Assembly: GCA_000388065.2 (NCBI GenBank)
Contig: KB932201.1
Origin: Fonticula alba ATCC 38817
Lineage: Eukaryota > Protista > Nucleariida
Length of the DNA: 8,884 bases
Direction: 5' to 3' (one strand)
Part shown: positions 8,208 through 8,884 of the stretch, in pieces
How positions within the stretch are numbered: position 1 is the first letter of the stretch
Layout: each line of letters opens with the position of its first letter
The notes under the pieces: model-generated
The model's database searches: none
What the model saw: the letters and a program-made list of their open reading frames with translations, nothing else
Told to the model about the DNA's origin: nothing
Made by a program: the position numbers and the translations under genes

Positions 8208-8850
8208 GGTGCCGGGAGTCCGGCATCGCGTGTGCTGGCTGCCGGCGAAGTTGGTGTTCGACGTTTTCGCCAATGACCCAGCCGTGGCCGAGGCACAGGA
8301 CACCTCCGGCTGGACGTGGACCATCATGGTGCGTGGGGGCCCTGGTGCCCCCCTCGGGCAGGTCATGGGCCCCTCTCCCCTTCCGCTCCTCCCACGGCCA
8401 ACTTACACGCCTGCCTCGGTCTCGGGATAACCCGGACGTACGGACATGTGCACACACCAGCCGGACCCTCGAACGGATGAGCTGACCCCAGGCCCTGCCG
8501 CGGGCGGGTGCCTGGCCGATGTGGGCCAGCGCTGGGCGGTCCTGGCCCCGGCGTCAGCCCAGGAGGCTCTTGCCCAAGCGGCCGGGGACCTATATGGTCC
8601 GGCAGCCGGGGCGGCTGTTAGCTTCCTGGCCTCGCGCCGTGCCCTGATGGGCCTGGGTCCCAGCTGCTCGCATTGGGCTGCCCGGGCCGGGTCTCTGCTG
8701 GCCTGGCACTCGCGCGCGCGATTCTGCACCCGCTGCGGCTCGCCGATGGTGTGTGTTTCGCATGGCCGGGCGCGCCGCTGTGCCATGCAGTGCCACCGGG
8801 GTGCCGGCGGCCGGATTTACGCCCGCGTAGATCCCATCTCCATCAACATG
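8208..8850 (+). CDS. NADH pyrophosphatase (NudC/NUDT12-like), N-terminal half with zinc ribbon; 5' end lost in the gap
   Basis: Exons ~8208-8328 and 8461-8850. The second encodes ARAGSLLAWHSRARFCTRCGSPMVCVSHGRARRCAMQCHRGAGGRIYARVDPISINM, matching zf-NADH-PPase W-H-x4-F-C-x2-C-G...C-x3-C...Y[P/A]RxDP. GTGCGT donor at 8851. Boundaries of the first exon are less certain. Confidence 0.85.
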
Positions 8851-8854
8851 GTGC

Positions 8855-8884
8855 GTGGATCCCCCCCCCCCCCCCCCCCCCCCC
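8855..8884 (+). repeat. 30-nt exact overlap GTGGAT+C24, matches 6915-6944; start of a NudC intron
   Basis: Follows the donor GTGCGT at 8851. Confidence 0.9.

Noticed and set aside
6676-8430. 584-aa ORF as a DUS-Nudix fusion or single protein
   Set aside because: It starts in a wrong DUS frame and crosses two N-gaps and intron sequence. Only 7105-8025 and ~8208-8328 are credibly coding.
5319-8884. Functional cluster of RNA-acting enzymes (DUS2 next to NudC)
   Set aside because: The adjacency exists only across a 10-N gap joining two unrelated introns; there is no evidence of true linkage.
1-8884. Mobile element explaining the duplication
   Set aside because: No transposase or RT motifs, terminal inverted repeats or target-site duplications were seen.
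1-8884. tRNA/rRNA genes, prokaryotic promoters or terminators
   Set aside because: None recognisable; the sequence is spliceosomal-intron-rich eukaryotic DNA.
1-8884. Naming the source organism (style recalls a GC-rich metamonad such as Paratrimastix)
   Set aside because: This is only an impression from GC content and intron style; BLAST of the spliced proteins is needed.

Overview
GC-rich, intron-containing eukaryotic (protist-like) genomic scaffold, not prokaryotic DNA. Most six-frame ORFs are shadow or intron-spanning, and the real genes appear only after manual splicing. Three genes can be built. (1) A DUS2-type tRNA-dihydrouridine synthase with a C-terminal dsRBD (+). Exon 2 to the stop lies at 50-2418; a second copy, 5' exon to mid-gene, lies at 5319-6874. 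(2) A divergent HORMA-domain (Rev7/Mad2-like) protein (-, ~2415-3798) with a CxxC-x6-CxxC insertion. Its stop codon overlaps the DUS2 stop in the palindrome CTAG. (3) A NudC/NUDT12-like NADH pyrophosphatase (+) whose halves are in reversed order: the Nudix half at 7105-8025 and the N-terminal/zinc-ribbon half at 8208-8850. The dominant structural oddity is that both + strand genes show their 3' part before their 5' part. The segments are joined by exact overlaps (1-1165 = 5740-6904; 6915-6944 = 8855-8884), and every N-gap sits at or next to a C/G homopolymer. Scaffold mis-ordering is the most likely cause, but tandem arrays, circles or scrambled genes cannot be excluded from sequence alone. 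The organism is not identified.
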